DNA of 64,000 nucleotides from Octopus sinensis (GCF_006345805.1 NC_043011.1:53208464-53272463); one strand, 5' to 3'; shown: positions 1 through 11,617, counted from the first letter of the stretch. The notes: a model not told the origin generated them from the sequence alone. Made by a program: numbers and translations.

Positions 1-110
1 CGGAAAAGGTAGTTTTTGTATGTGACAGATGTGCAGGAAATATAAACACAAAGAGCATATGGGAATCAAATTTTCTCGAATGTCCAGGAGGGTCCCTAGA
101 GGTTATGGAT
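1..110 (+). mobile_element. RTE-clade LINE fragment (RT C-terminal region)
   Basis: Frame 3 reads EKVVFVCDRCAGNINTKSIWESNFLECPGGSLEV, the Cys-rich segment that precedes the 'V..F.YLG' motif of RTE reverse transcriptases. Truncated by the window edge. Confidence 0.65.
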
Positions 111-249
111 GGAGTATCCATCTGTAGAAACCATGCTTGTCAAAGAAGTGTATGATACAGTTTGTAAGAGGTGCCAGATCCCATTGAACTGTCCAAGCCA
201 TGCCAGCCAGGAGCATGGATGTTAAATGATGATGAGATGATGATGATAA

Positions 250-597
250 AACATAGGTTGATAGATTGCATGGCACCTTGGGCAAGTGTCTTCTACTATA
301 ACCTCGGGCTGACCAAAGCCTTTTGAGTGGATTTGGTAGACAGAAGCTGAAAGAAGCCCATTGTATATATGTATATATATGTGTGTGTGTGTTTGTGTGT
401 CTGTGTTTGTCCCCTCCCCCCCCCCAACTTCGCTTGACAACCAATATTGGTGTGTTTACGTCCCCATAACTTAGCAGTTTGGCAAAAAGAGGCTGATAGA
501 ATAAGTACTAGGCTTAGAAAGAATAAGCCCTGGGGTCGATTTGCTCGACTAAAGGTGGTGCTCGAGCATGGCCGCAGTCAAATGACTGAAACAAATA
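250..597 (+). mobile_element. tRNA-derived SINE family A, 5'-truncated
   Basis: Contains ggcaccttgggcaagtgtcttctactatagcc...cagcatggccgcagtcaaatgactgaaac, repeated more than 10 times in the window. Confidence 0.85.
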
Positions 598-598
598 A

Positions 599-631
<33 letters not shown>

Positions 632-1095
632 CAGGCAAATAGATATACAGACAGACAGACGGACAGATAGAAAGATAGATAAATAGTTGTATAGACAGAC
701 AGACAGATAGATAGATAGATATGTTTCTTTATTAGCCACACAGGGCTGCACACAGACAGGACAAATTACAAAGTAGAGCTTTTCTTTTGGGGGTAAAAAA
801 AGGCGATTTGGTTTTCGATCAAAAGGGATCGTAAAGGGAAGAAAGAGGACAAAAAAGGGGGGAATAAAATAAAATTAAAAAGGGGGGGGGGAATAAAGGA
901 AAGGAAAAAAAATTGATCAATAGGGATCGTTATCACAGAAAGTCAATATGAAGTGTTAAAGGGGAGGACAGGTGAGGTTTACCCTTGAAAGAAAAGCCTA
1001 CGGAAAAGACCACGGTAACCCGCGGTCAATGAAGTCACATGTTATATTTCTTTTTTTTTTAGATAGATAGATGATAGATAGATAGATAGATAGAT

Positions 1096-1126
<31 letters not shown>

Positions 1127-1209
1127 TAGATAGATAGATAGAGTGATAGATAGATAGATAGATAGATATAGATAGTATATAGATAGATAGTAGATAGATA
1201 GATAATAGC

Positions 1210-1260
<51 letters not shown>

Positions 1261-1310
1261 GTAGGTAGATAGATGAGTAGGTAGGTAGATAGATGAGTAG
1301 GTAGGTAGTT
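598..1310. repeat. (GATA)n/(GACA)n microsatellite interrupted by a ~340 bp insert (~722-1060), possibly a LINE 3' end
   Basis: Tetranucleotide arrays visible on both sides of a non-simple sequence. Confidence 0.8.
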
Positions 1311-1659
1311 AGACTTCTCACACCTCTGACACAAGCATGTAACTTAACTTTTTTTCTCAATTGTTGTCGACGAGCAATAAAAGTACAGATTATTACAAGA
1401 AAGTCATTCATTGCTGCTATGGCCGCAACTGTTGTGAAGTTGTTAACGCTGTTGTTGTTGTTGGTGGTGTTGTTGCTGCTGCTGCAGTTGTTGTTATGAA
1501 TGTTTTTGTTATTGTTGTTGATACTACCGTTGCTTTGTTATTATTCTTATCGTTGTTGTCGTTGTTATTGTTGTTGTTAAACAGCTGTTGGTAGAAAAAA
1601 AGAAACAAAAAAAAGAAGAGAAAAACTTCGATAGATGTTTCTGAAGCCACGTAGAGGAG

Positions 1660-2320
1660 GCGTGAGTGTGTATGTGTGTGTGTGTGTGTATGGGTGTGTA
1701 GATGCGTGTGTAGATGCGTGTGTAGATGCGTGTGTGTGTGTGTGTGTGTGTGTGGTTGTATGTGAACCTGTGCACATGTCTGTTAATGACTGTGTTTCTA
1801 AGTGCCTGCACGTGCAAGCGTGAACATGTATGAGTGGTGTGTGTGTGTGCATACGCATGTGCGTATATGTATGGCTATATATATAAGTGCGCATAGATGC
1901 GTCTGTATATGCGTGCGTACGTGTGCGTGTGTTTGTGTGTGTGTGTGTTTGTGTGTGTGTTTTTGTGTGTGTGGTGTGTGTGTTTGTGTTGTGTGTGTGT
2001 GTGTTGTGTGTGGTGTGTGTGGTGTGTGTTATGTGTGTGTGTGTGTGTGTGTGTTGTGTGTGTTGTGTGTGTCTGTGTTTGTTTGTGTGTGTGGCGTGTG
2101 TGTGGTGTGTGTGTGTGGGTGTGTGTGTGTGTTGTTGTGTGTGTGCGTGTTGTGTGTGTGTGTGTTGGTGTGGTGTTTGTGTGTGTGTTGTGTTTGTGTG
2201 TTTGGTGTGTTTGTGTGTGTGTCTGTGTGTGTATGTGTGTGTGTGCGTGTGGTGTTTGGTGTTGCGTACGTGTGTTGTGTGTGTGTTTGTGTGTGTGTGT
2301 GGTGTGTGTGTGTGTGTGTG
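1660..2320. repeat. Degenerate (GT)n microsatellite
   Basis: Directly visible; source of the Cys/Val and His/Thr pseudo-ORFs. Confidence 0.95.
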
Positions 2321-2566
2321 CTTGTAGTGAAAGGTAGGGGGTGAGGCTGGTCTTATTACGGAAGTATTAGAAACCCCCCACAACACAAAATACAATTAAA
2401 TTCTTCTGAAAGAGGAAGAAACAAAGGGTGTCTGTCTGTCTGTCTGTCTGTCTGTGTGTTTGCATGCGGCCGGGGAGGGGTAGGTGCTGGTGGTTGGAGG
2501 GGGGGGGGCAGGAAATATTGTCAGCTATTTTTAGAGACCGTGTCTATTTTTACAGTTTAACTTCAG

Positions 2567-2593
2567 CATGTAGAGTGGAGTGCATTGCTTAAG
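2567..2593 (+). other. Candidate microexon A (HVEWSALLK)
   Basis: cttcag|CATGTAGAGTGGAGTGCATTGCTTAAG|gtgaca; 27 nt, open frame; paralogous to 3047-3079. Confidence 0.25.
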
Positions 2594-2598
2594 GTGAC

Positions 2599-2644
<46 letters not shown>

Positions 2645-2679
2645 GGAAATATGATGATGATATGATAACAATAACAATA

Positions 2680-2716
<37 letters not shown>

Positions 2717-2754
2717 ATGATGAAAATATGTGATGATGATAATAATACAATAAC

Positions 2755-2807
<53 letters not shown>

Positions 2808-2893
2808 CTATAAAAAATATAGTCATTTTATATATATATATGTATATATATATACACATACATTTACATACATACATATATATATATATAGTA

Positions 2894-2928
<35 letters not shown>

Positions 2929-3046
2929 CTATATTAATATATATATATATATATACATACTATCATATATATATTTGCAGATAATTGGTGTTTGTTTGGA
3001 TATGCATTTCTTGTATGTTTTGTTCTGTTTTTGTTTTTCCTTCCAG

Positions 3047-3079
3047 CTAACACAGGTAAAGTGGAGTAATTTGCTTAAG
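3047..3079 (+). other. Candidate microexon B (LTQVKWSNLLK)
   Basis: Long polypyrimidine tract, then ttccag|CTAACACAGGTAAAGTGGAGTAATTTGCTTAAG|gtgaca; 33 nt, open frame. Confidence 0.3.
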
Positions 3080-3719
3080 GTGACACCATCACCATATATT
3101 AAGGTATCTATTTTCATAGTTGTGGATTTCTTTGGCTTTGATGCATTTGTTTATCGGTAAGAGCCAGTGGTGTTATGGTTTTGTTGTTTTTTTTTGTTGT
3201 TCTTTTGTTTGTTTGTTTTTCGCTCTCCCACATCTGAGGTAAGTCGAGTGCCTTGCTTAAGGTCATATGATAAATACCATGTGCAGTATCATCTCTAATT
3301 TAGCAGTTGTTAATTTCTCAAGGTGTTTTCTCTCGCCAGTTTCCCTCCCTCACCCCCATCCAGCCACATCTGAAGCAAACAGAATTTTCTTGTCTTCTAT
3401 AACTTCATTCATATCAAGCCGTCACTTAGCGGTTCGGCAAAAGAGACCGATAGAATAAGTACTGGGCTTACAAAAGAATAAGTCCCGGGGTCGAGTTGCT
3501 CGATTAAAGGCGGTGCTCCAGCATGGCCGCAGTCAAATGACTGAAACAAGTAAAAGAGCATACATTATAGGAATATTAAATCAACCCCCAGAATGTAACT
3601 GGTACTTCAGTTATTGGTTTCAACTTATGGCACAAGACCAGCAACCTTGCAGGTAAAGGATAAATGTGTAGTCGATAATGTTTACAACAATGGCTCTGCT
3701 TTCAAATTCATAAGTGCAG

Positions 3720-4316
3720 TGAGATGGCAGAAACATTAGCATGCGGGGCGAAATGCTTAGTGGTATTTCATCTGCTGTTACGTTCTGAGTTCAAATTCCA
3801 CCGAGGTCGACTTTGCCTTTCATCCTTTCGGGGTTGATTAAATAAGTACCAGTTACGAACTGGGGTCGATATAATCGACTTAATCCATTTGTCTGTCCTT
3901 GTTTGTCCTCTCTGTGTGTAGCCCCTTGTGGGTAGTAAAGAAATAGGTATTTCATCTCCTGTTACGTTCTGAGTTCAAATTCCACCGAGGTCGACTTTGC
4001 CTTTCATCCTTTCAGGGTCGATAAATTAAGTACCAGTTACATACTGGGTTCAATGTAATCGACTTAATCCATTTGTCTGTCCTTGTTTGTCCTCTCTGTG
4101 TTTAGCCCCTTGTGGGTAGTAAAGAAATGGGTATTTTGTCTCCTGTTACGTTCTGAGTTCAAATTCCACCAAGGTCGACTTTGCCTTTCATCCTTTCGGG
4201 GTCGATAAAGTAAGTACCAGTTACACACTGGAGGTCGATATAATCAACTTAATCCATTTGTCTGTCTTTGTTTGTTCCCTCTATGTTTAGCCCCTTGTGG
4301 GCAATAAAGAAATAAG
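3720..4316 (+). mobile_element. Head-to-tail trimer of SINE family B (Nin-domain-like core)
   Basis: Three ~180 bp units of acgttctgagttcaaattccaccgaggtcgactttgcctttcatcctttcggggtcgataaattaagtacc...gccccttgtgggtagtaaagaaat. Confidence 0.85.
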
Positions 4317-5329
4317 TGAATTTAATCATCAGTGCATACCAGCAAATGGTTATTTCACTATTTAAATATAGTCATAGATTGGCAATTTGCTTCATCCCTG
4401 GTTCGGTTGATGTAAGTGACGTTCATAAGTCACAAAAATGGTAGAATATCAGCGTCCATCACTCCTGAATGGGATTGGAGGCAAGTTGTCTCACCTATGT
4501 CCATGATGTTCGGGTGTTTTAACACCCAGTGCTATGAGGGAGTCGTCTCCAAAGTGCTATACTGCAGCATACCAGCAAACAAGTGAAACAAATAGATTGA
4601 GTATGTGCAGTTGATAATACACACACATGCGTGTATGCATACACACATGCATGCTTACACACACACACACATGCATGCACACACACATGCACACACACGC
4701 ATACACTCAGACACACACAAACATATGCACACACACACACATATGCACACACACACACATATACACTATTACCTGAAAAATAGTGCTTCTCCTTATTTAT
4801 ATAATGCATTTATATAGTTATAGGAATATTTATGTATCTATATGCTATATAACTATACGTTATTACATATAGGTATTTATATACTTATAAGTATATTTGT
4901 ATAATATATTTATATGACCATAGTATGAATTTATATACTTGCAGTTGCATAATGCATTTTCTTTTACACATTATGTAAAGCATTTAAATGCACTAAATTG
5001 TTCTAATTGCCATCCATCAAATGTGACACTGACCAAAATGCTATCTGTAACGTGTATTTTGATAATGTGTTATAGCATTGATAGCAAGAATAAATTATGG
5101 AAACCAGTTTGAATATTTCAGAGGAGATCATTGGTTTTGTCCTCTGTATTAGCAAAAAAAAATTGCACAATCCTCTGTCATCATAAAATCAGTAGTAAAT
5201 CCCTTTCTATAGCCAAACTATTAGCTTGTGCAGAGTTAAACACTTTCTTCATTATTACATCAACAACTATATTGAATAACAAAGGTTAGAGGACATAACA
5301 TTAACTAACTCCTAGTCAGATTGGAAAAT

Positions 5330-5590
5330 AGTATTATATTAGATCTTGGATCATATCTAGAGGAAAACGAAATTGTTGTGTAATTGGATATCGAAAATAG
5401 AATTGCTTTAGCTTCTCCAGTCTTTGGTCTCTTTAATTGGTGCATTTGGAAACATCAGAACATCTCATTGCACAATGAAATCCACATCTATATTGATCAG
5501 TTTGTATTGCTTGTATTGTTGTATGGTACTGTATAGACATAGGCATTATTCTGGAGTTATTTGACTATGTTTGTAGTCTTTCGAGCAGGA
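5330..5590 (+). pseudogene. Decayed LINE (RTE-like) reverse transcriptase C-terminal fragment
   Basis: Translates as LGSYLEENE..LDIENRIALASPVFGLFNWCIWKHQNISLHNEIHIY...VLLYGT, with stops and frameshifts. Confidence 0.6.
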
Positions 5591-5744
5591 TGAAGTCAGT
5601 GAATCATCTGAGTATTGTAAATTAGTAAATTAGCTTCTGCAGAATGGCTACGTTTGAGAAAAAATGTTTTTATCAGACAACGATTTACATATATATACAT
5701 GTATGTGTGCGTGTGTGGTGTGTGTGTGTGTGTATCCTCATCTT

Positions 5745-5790
<46 letters not shown>

Positions 5791-5884
5791 TATAATAACT
5801 TAGAATAACTTAGAAAGGTTTGGGCCAGTGTTGGCCCCGGCCATGTCTAACTTAATAGCACCACCTGGCTATTATATATATATA

Positions 5885-6060
5885 TATAACGGGAAGGTTT
5901 ACGAAAATAAACAAAAGATGAAGGCAGTACAAACAAACAAATGTATTAGTATGGCGCTCAGGAATAGAAATAGAACAAGTCTTTTACGTTTCGAGCCTAC
6001 GCTCTTTGACAGAAAGATACACAGAAAAAAAACAAGGAGAGAAGCAAGGAGAGGAAAAAT
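5885..6060 (-). mobile_element. Penelope-like element terminal fragment in (TA)n, with degenerate hammerhead at 5981-6016
   Basis: Minus strand reads cttt-CTGTCAA-a-gagc(gtag)gctc-GAAA-cg-TA-aaag. A related end lies at 37699-37761 in the opposite orientation. Confidence 0.6.
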
Positions 6061-6317
6061 ATACATATATATATATATACATGCAATAGTGTGGTAAAAC
6101 GTTTGCTTCCAACCACATGGTTCCATGTTTAGTCCCACTTCATGGCACCTTGGGCAACTGTCTCCTACATTAGCCACAGGCTGACCAAAGGCTTGTGAGT
6201 GGATTTGAAACTGAAAGAAGCCCATTATATATATATATATATATCAGGATTAAATGAAAAGACAACAAACGGAAAATATGACATACCTATATATGTAACT
6301 AAAAAAAAGAACCGGTA

Positions 6318-6722
6318 TTCTTTTATTCTTTTATTTGTTTCAGTCATTTGACTGCGGCCATGCTGGAGCACCACCTTTAGTCGAGCAAATCAACCTCAGG
6401 ACTTATTCTTTGTAAGCCTAGTAGTTATTCTATCAGTCTCTTTTGCCGAACAGCTAAATTATGGGGATGTAAACACACCAGCATCGGTTGTTGAGCGATG
6501 TTGGGGGGACAAACACAGACACACAAACATACACACACACACACACACACACAAATATGACGGGCTTCTTTCAGTTTCCGTCTATCAAATCCACTCACAA
6601 GGCTTTGGGCGGCCCGAGGCTATAGTAGAAGACACTTGCCCAAGGTGCCACACAGTGGGAATGAACCCAGAACCATGTTGTTGGTAAGTAAGCTACTTAC
6701 CACACAGCCACTCCTGCGCCTA
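6318..6722 (-). mobile_element. SINE family A, near full length
   Basis: Reverse complement of the family A copy at 33100-33490, including the tRNA-like head ggcgcaggagtggctgtgtggtaag. Confidence 0.85.
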
Positions 6723-7105
6723 TGTGAACGTTAGTATATATTTTAGTATAGGTTTGATTCTAAGTTGTTACCGCATGAATATGTACGAATACATGTCTAG
6801 AGATATATATGCATATGTGTATGAGTATATCTCAAAATTATGTATGTGTATATATGTATATATAATATATTTTATTGATATATATTAATATATATAAATG
6901 TATATATATATGTATATATGTATGTATATATGTATATTTGTAAGTGTTTGTATTTTGATGAGTGTGCATATATGTGTTTGTATACGTTTGTTTTTTTTGT
7001 ATGTATATAATGTTTATATTTACATGTCACATGTTTGAGTGGAAACACCCGTGTCCATATAAATACATTTCATTTTGTAGGACTTTCTTTTTCAGTTAGC
7101 ATGTT

Positions 7106-7215
7106 TTTTTGATGAGCTTGTTATCATAAACCTCCTAAAGAGATTGGTACACTGCTGGCCATTATGTATCCTACCAGACATTTTGGAGTGCACCCGTCGA
7201 AACATATGTAGAAGA
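7106..7215 (+). ncRNA. Decayed hammerhead-ribozyme-like motif
   Basis: TTGATGA...gtc-GAAA-catatg-TA-gaaga. Stem III is palindromic; C3 and stem II are degraded. Confidence 0.4.
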
Positions 7216-7266
7216 CTTCATGACATCAATGGATTAACAACATCTTGAGTGTTCGTCTCCTTTTTA

Positions 7267-7298
<32 letters not shown>

Positions 7299-7344
7299 AA
7301 TAACAAATGAAAGACAGAAGTTGGAATATATGAGAATATATTAT

Positions 7345-7446
7345 TAATCACAACAATTGTTTCGACACATCGACTCCTCTTGTGGGATACACAAAAACTG
7401 GTTCAGGAGCATCCGGTGGTGCAGACATATCTCGTCGGGTGATAAA
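7345..7446 (-). ncRNA. Type I hammerhead-like motif with long stem II (U4>C variant)
   Basis: atcac-CCGACGA-gatatgtc...gatgtgtc-GAAA-caattg-TT-gtgat. Stem I is 5 bp, stem II 8 bp, stem III palindromic. Confidence 0.65.
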
Positions 7447-7844
7447 TAAATAAAAAATCTCGTTAAAATGACTGTTCCATAATGCACCTTTCCATTTTGC
7501 AGGGAGAAAAACAGCCAGACGGAGGAAAATTCTTCATATATATGGAAGATCCAAAAATAAAATTGTAGAAGACAAAAAGAGAAACGAACACTTAATCCAT
7601 CGAGAAAAAGTATTGAAAATAACCGTTAACCGATATGGATGTATAAACGCCCTGGGGCAAGAAGCATGGCATGAGGTTTACAGTTATTCAACTATCTCTT
7701 TCACATTCATATATTAACAATTTGGATCTTAATTATAAAAAAAATATGAAACCATTATTCTATGCTAATTTAATTAATTTTGTCAAGCTCCCTTTTCTGT
7801 TTGTAATTGTTTTTTTTAATTTTTATAGGTACTGTGAAGTGTGA

Positions 7845-8211
7845 GCCATGGCAAACAATTTAAATCAAGAGCAAAGAAAGTGGATACTAAAGCAGTATTG
7901 GAAGCCTGAAAATGCCGAGCAGGTGTGCACAGCATGACAAGAAGCCTTTTGCAACTCCTCCACCTTCACACCAGACAATTTATCAGATAAGAAATAAATT
8001 TGATACCACAGGTTCAGTGAGTAATGTACCAAAATCTGGATGCTGTAAGACTTCTGGGACTGAAAAAAAAATGAGATGTTAGTGGCTACATTTGTGAACA
8101 GTCCAAAGAAGTCCATGCTAGAACTATCCATACCAAGAACATCAATGTAATAAAATGTTTTAAAAGAAATTTAAAGTGCCTACATGATAACTGTAAATCT
8201 ACTTTTGGGCC

Positions 8212-8218
<7 letters not shown>
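7845..8218 (+). mobile_element. Tc1/mariner-superfamily remnant (N-terminal HTH of transposase plus TIR-like end)
   Basis: MANNLNQEQRKWILKQYWKPENAEQV...PPPSHQTIYQIRNKFDTTGSVSNVPKSG with a stop and a frameshift. Ends acttttgggccaccc|ta. Confidence 0.6.
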
Positions 8219-8248
<30 letters not shown>

Positions 8249-8472
8249 TCATTTAGCGTCCGCTTTCCATGCTAGCATGGGTTGGATGGTTCAACTGGGG
8301 TCTGTGAAGCCAGAAAGCTGCATCAGGCCCAGTCTGATCTGGCAGTGTTTCTACGGCTGGATACCCTTCATATATATATATATATACTCAAAATAAGCAA
8401 CAAGAATGACTCTGGTAATTTGGTACGATCGTTTGATATGAAAATTTTTGTATTAATGGAAAACCTCTATAA

Positions 8473-8558
8473 TTGGCTGATGAGTGCTCAGCATTTTAAA
8501 ACTGTTGTAATACTTACAACATTTAATAAAATGATGTAGTACGAAACGATCGTACCAA
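8473..8558 (+). ncRNA. Type I hammerhead ribozyme (Penelope-like-element type), intact core
   Basis: ttgg-CTGATGA-gtgct...agtac-GAAA-cgatcg-TA-ccaa. All conserved core nucleotides are present, with a G10.1-C11.1 pair, a GUA cleavage triplet and palindromic stem III. Confidence 0.8.
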
Positions 8559-8937
8559 ATTCTTGTTGCTTATTTGGATTCTTGTTGCTTATTTGGATTA
8601 TAATCATCCAACGGATTTTTATGGATAACACCATACAGAATTCTGGTGCATCTAAATTAAGTACCATATTCATTTGAATCTAATTTTTTGCTGAACTTAT
8701 ATATATATATATAGGGAGAGAGAGAGAGAGAGAGGAATAAGAAAATGGAGGGGATCAATAGGTGGTATTCATCAACTTTTAGACATTATATTATGTCAAT
8801 GTATTTATTTATTTACTAAAATGACAATTACAACAATATACATACATGTATAACATATTATGCTTTACATATATAATATATAAAGATACCAGTAATTATT
8901 AAAATATATAACATACAGGAATAGAAATTGGGATAAT

Positions 8938-9061
8938 ATCTTACAGCTGTTTCAGCCAAGATGCAAAAATACCTCATTCTACCTTTATTCCTCCAGTAGA
9001 CTGAAGTAATTAGTGAATGAAATTGAGACACTTGGGTGTTTCTGTAGGCTTCGTCAGAGAT
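8938..9061 (-). ncRNA. Type I hammerhead ribozyme (Penelope-like-element type), intact core
   Basis: Minus strand: atct-CTGACGA-agcc...ggct-GAAA-cagctg-TA-agat. GUA cleavage triplet, palindromic stem III, ~90 nt insert in stem II. Confidence 0.8.
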
Positions 9062-10503
9062 TTTAGAAAGTACATAAGGTTATGTGTGTGTGTGTGTGTG
9101 TGTGTAAATATGATAATTAAGTAACCAGATGATGGATTTTTTTTTTTTTTTGCTCAGTAAGTGTTATTTCCTATTTGCTTCTACCTCGAAATCAAAGGAA
9201 ATGACTACTATTCCCTTCAAACTTTGCTTTTTGTGACCTGGACATCAATGTTTTGAAACTGACCTATTTTCCATTACATCTCAGACAGACTCAGAGCTGA
9301 GTTGCTGAAGCAGAAATATCATTATTGCAAATATTCTGCACAACACCACAGATTTGCTTGTTGCTTGCTTGACCATAACTACTTGAGCATGTCCCTTAGG
9401 GACTGACAATATGAGCGTTTCTGATCATGAGAATGAGTAGTGAGAGAGCATTATAGCAATGTGTTGAGAGGGATTCTACCAAGTTTGAATAAATCTAACA
9501 AAAGCAGAGTTTGAGGGAAATATTAACCATTCTTCATACTTTCTAGGGATAAGCAAACGGGAAACAGCAGTTGCTACCCAAGGACAAGGATCATGATACC
9601 TAATGCAATCTGGACGTAGATTTGATAATGTGGTCCTAAATGCTATGCATGCCTGAAAAAATAGCGGAGACATGACGGGCATAACTGGAACTTGTTTAAT
9701 TGTGTGTCTGCATGAATAATGGCTGAGATGAAGCTAAGTAACAACAACAACAACACAACAACAACAACAACTGCAATATTTTTTCTGTACATATAAACTC
9801 TACTAACCCATTTACGTGTGTTGTAGAGATCAAAGAAGCTTTATGAAAAAAAATCATGTTTGTGTACCTGAAGGTAAAAATATTAAAAAACATTGAATAT
9901 TTAGAATGAGATTAATAGAAAAAAACAATAATGGATGAAATACAATGTCAAGGTTATGTGTTGTTTTTGAAAACAAACAAAGTTGGCGGCGGCAGGGGGG
10001 TGGGGGTGATGTAGGGAAATAAAAACAAAAGATAAAAAACGGAAGAAAAATAAATCTACATTTCCAAGAGAGAAAAAAATGTACAAAAAAAAACAATGGA
10101 AAGCTAAGAACGGAATCGAATCATGCTTCCTTCCATTGTAAAGTAGTTTTAAGTAATTTGAAATAACCAAAACCAATTATTTGGATGATGTTATTAAAAG
10201 AAAGAAAAGAATGAAGACTATATAATAAAAAAAATCTTGGTAATAATGATGATGATTATGATAATAATAATAATAATGATAATAATAATAATAATGATAA
10301 TAATAATAATGAATGATAATAATCACAACTTATTGATTTTGTTTGTGGTGTGTTTTTCAGTTTTCTATTTGTGTGTGTGAATGTTACGTGTTATGTCCGT
10401 ATGATGTGTGTGTGTGTGTATGTGTGTATATGTGTATGTGTATGTATATGTGTGCATATTTGTATATATGTATGTATGTATGTATGCATGCTATATATAT
10501 ATA

Positions 10504-10584
<81 letters not shown>

Positions 10585-10624
10585 TTGTATGTATGTATGT
10601 ATGTACAAGTGTGGCTGTGTGTGG

Positions 10625-11190
10625 AGGAGTAGGTGTAGCAGTGTGATAAGAAGCTTGCTTCCCAGGCAAAATGCTTAGTGGTATTTCGTCTCTCGTTACG
10701 TTCTGAGTTCAAATTCCGCCAAGGTCGACTTTGCCTTTCATCCTTTCAGGGTCAATAAATTAAGTACCAGTTGCTCACTGGGGTCGATGTAATCGACTTA
10801 ATTCCTTTGTCTGTCCTTGTTTGTCCCCTCTGTGTTTAGCCCCTTGTGGGCAATAAAGAAATAACAAGCTTGCTTCCCTACCACATGGTTGTAGGTTCAG
10901 TTCCTAGCGCATGGCACTTTCAGCAAATGTCTTCAACAAGTGCCTCATACCGTCCAAAGCCTTGTGAGTGGATTTGGTTGACAGAAGCTGAAAGAAGCCC
11001 ACTGTGTGTGTGTCCCATCACCACTTGACAACCGGTGTTGGTGTGTTTACATCCCTGTAACTTAACAGTTCACCGAAAGGGATCAATAGAATAAATACCA
11101 GGCTAAAGGCTTGATTCATTCGACAAAAATTCTTCAAGGCAGTGCCCCAGCATGGCCACAGCCTACTGACTGAAACAAGTCAACGATAAA
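10625..11190 (+). mobile_element. SINE A with a nested 5'-truncated SINE B (10664-10865)
   Basis: 13-bp direct repeat aagcttgcttccc at 10651-10663 and 10866-10878 flanks the SINE B body; SINE A resumes afterwards. Confidence 0.8.
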
Positions 11191-11399
11191 ACATATAGTT
11201 CCCTCTATTACTTGTGTCAGTAACTGGACTGTAGCCATGCTGGAGCACTCATTTGAAGGGGTTTTAGTCAAACAAATTAACCCCCATGCTTATTTTATTC
11301 TGTCAGTCACTTTTGCCAAACTGCTAGATTATAGGGGACATAAACAAACCAACATTGATTGTCAAGTGATTGACAAACACAGACACAGAGACACACATA

Positions 11400-11574
11400 T
11401 ATAGTAGTAACAGTAGTAGCAGTAATAACAGTAGCAGCAGTAGCAACAGCAGTGGCAGTAGTGTTAGTGGTAGTTGTGGTGGTAGTAGTGGTGGTAGTAA
11501 TAGTAGTAGTAGCACCACCACCACCACCACCACCACCAACAGTTGTAGCAGCAGCAGTGGATGTGGTGGTGGTG

Positions 11575-11617
<43 letters not shown>

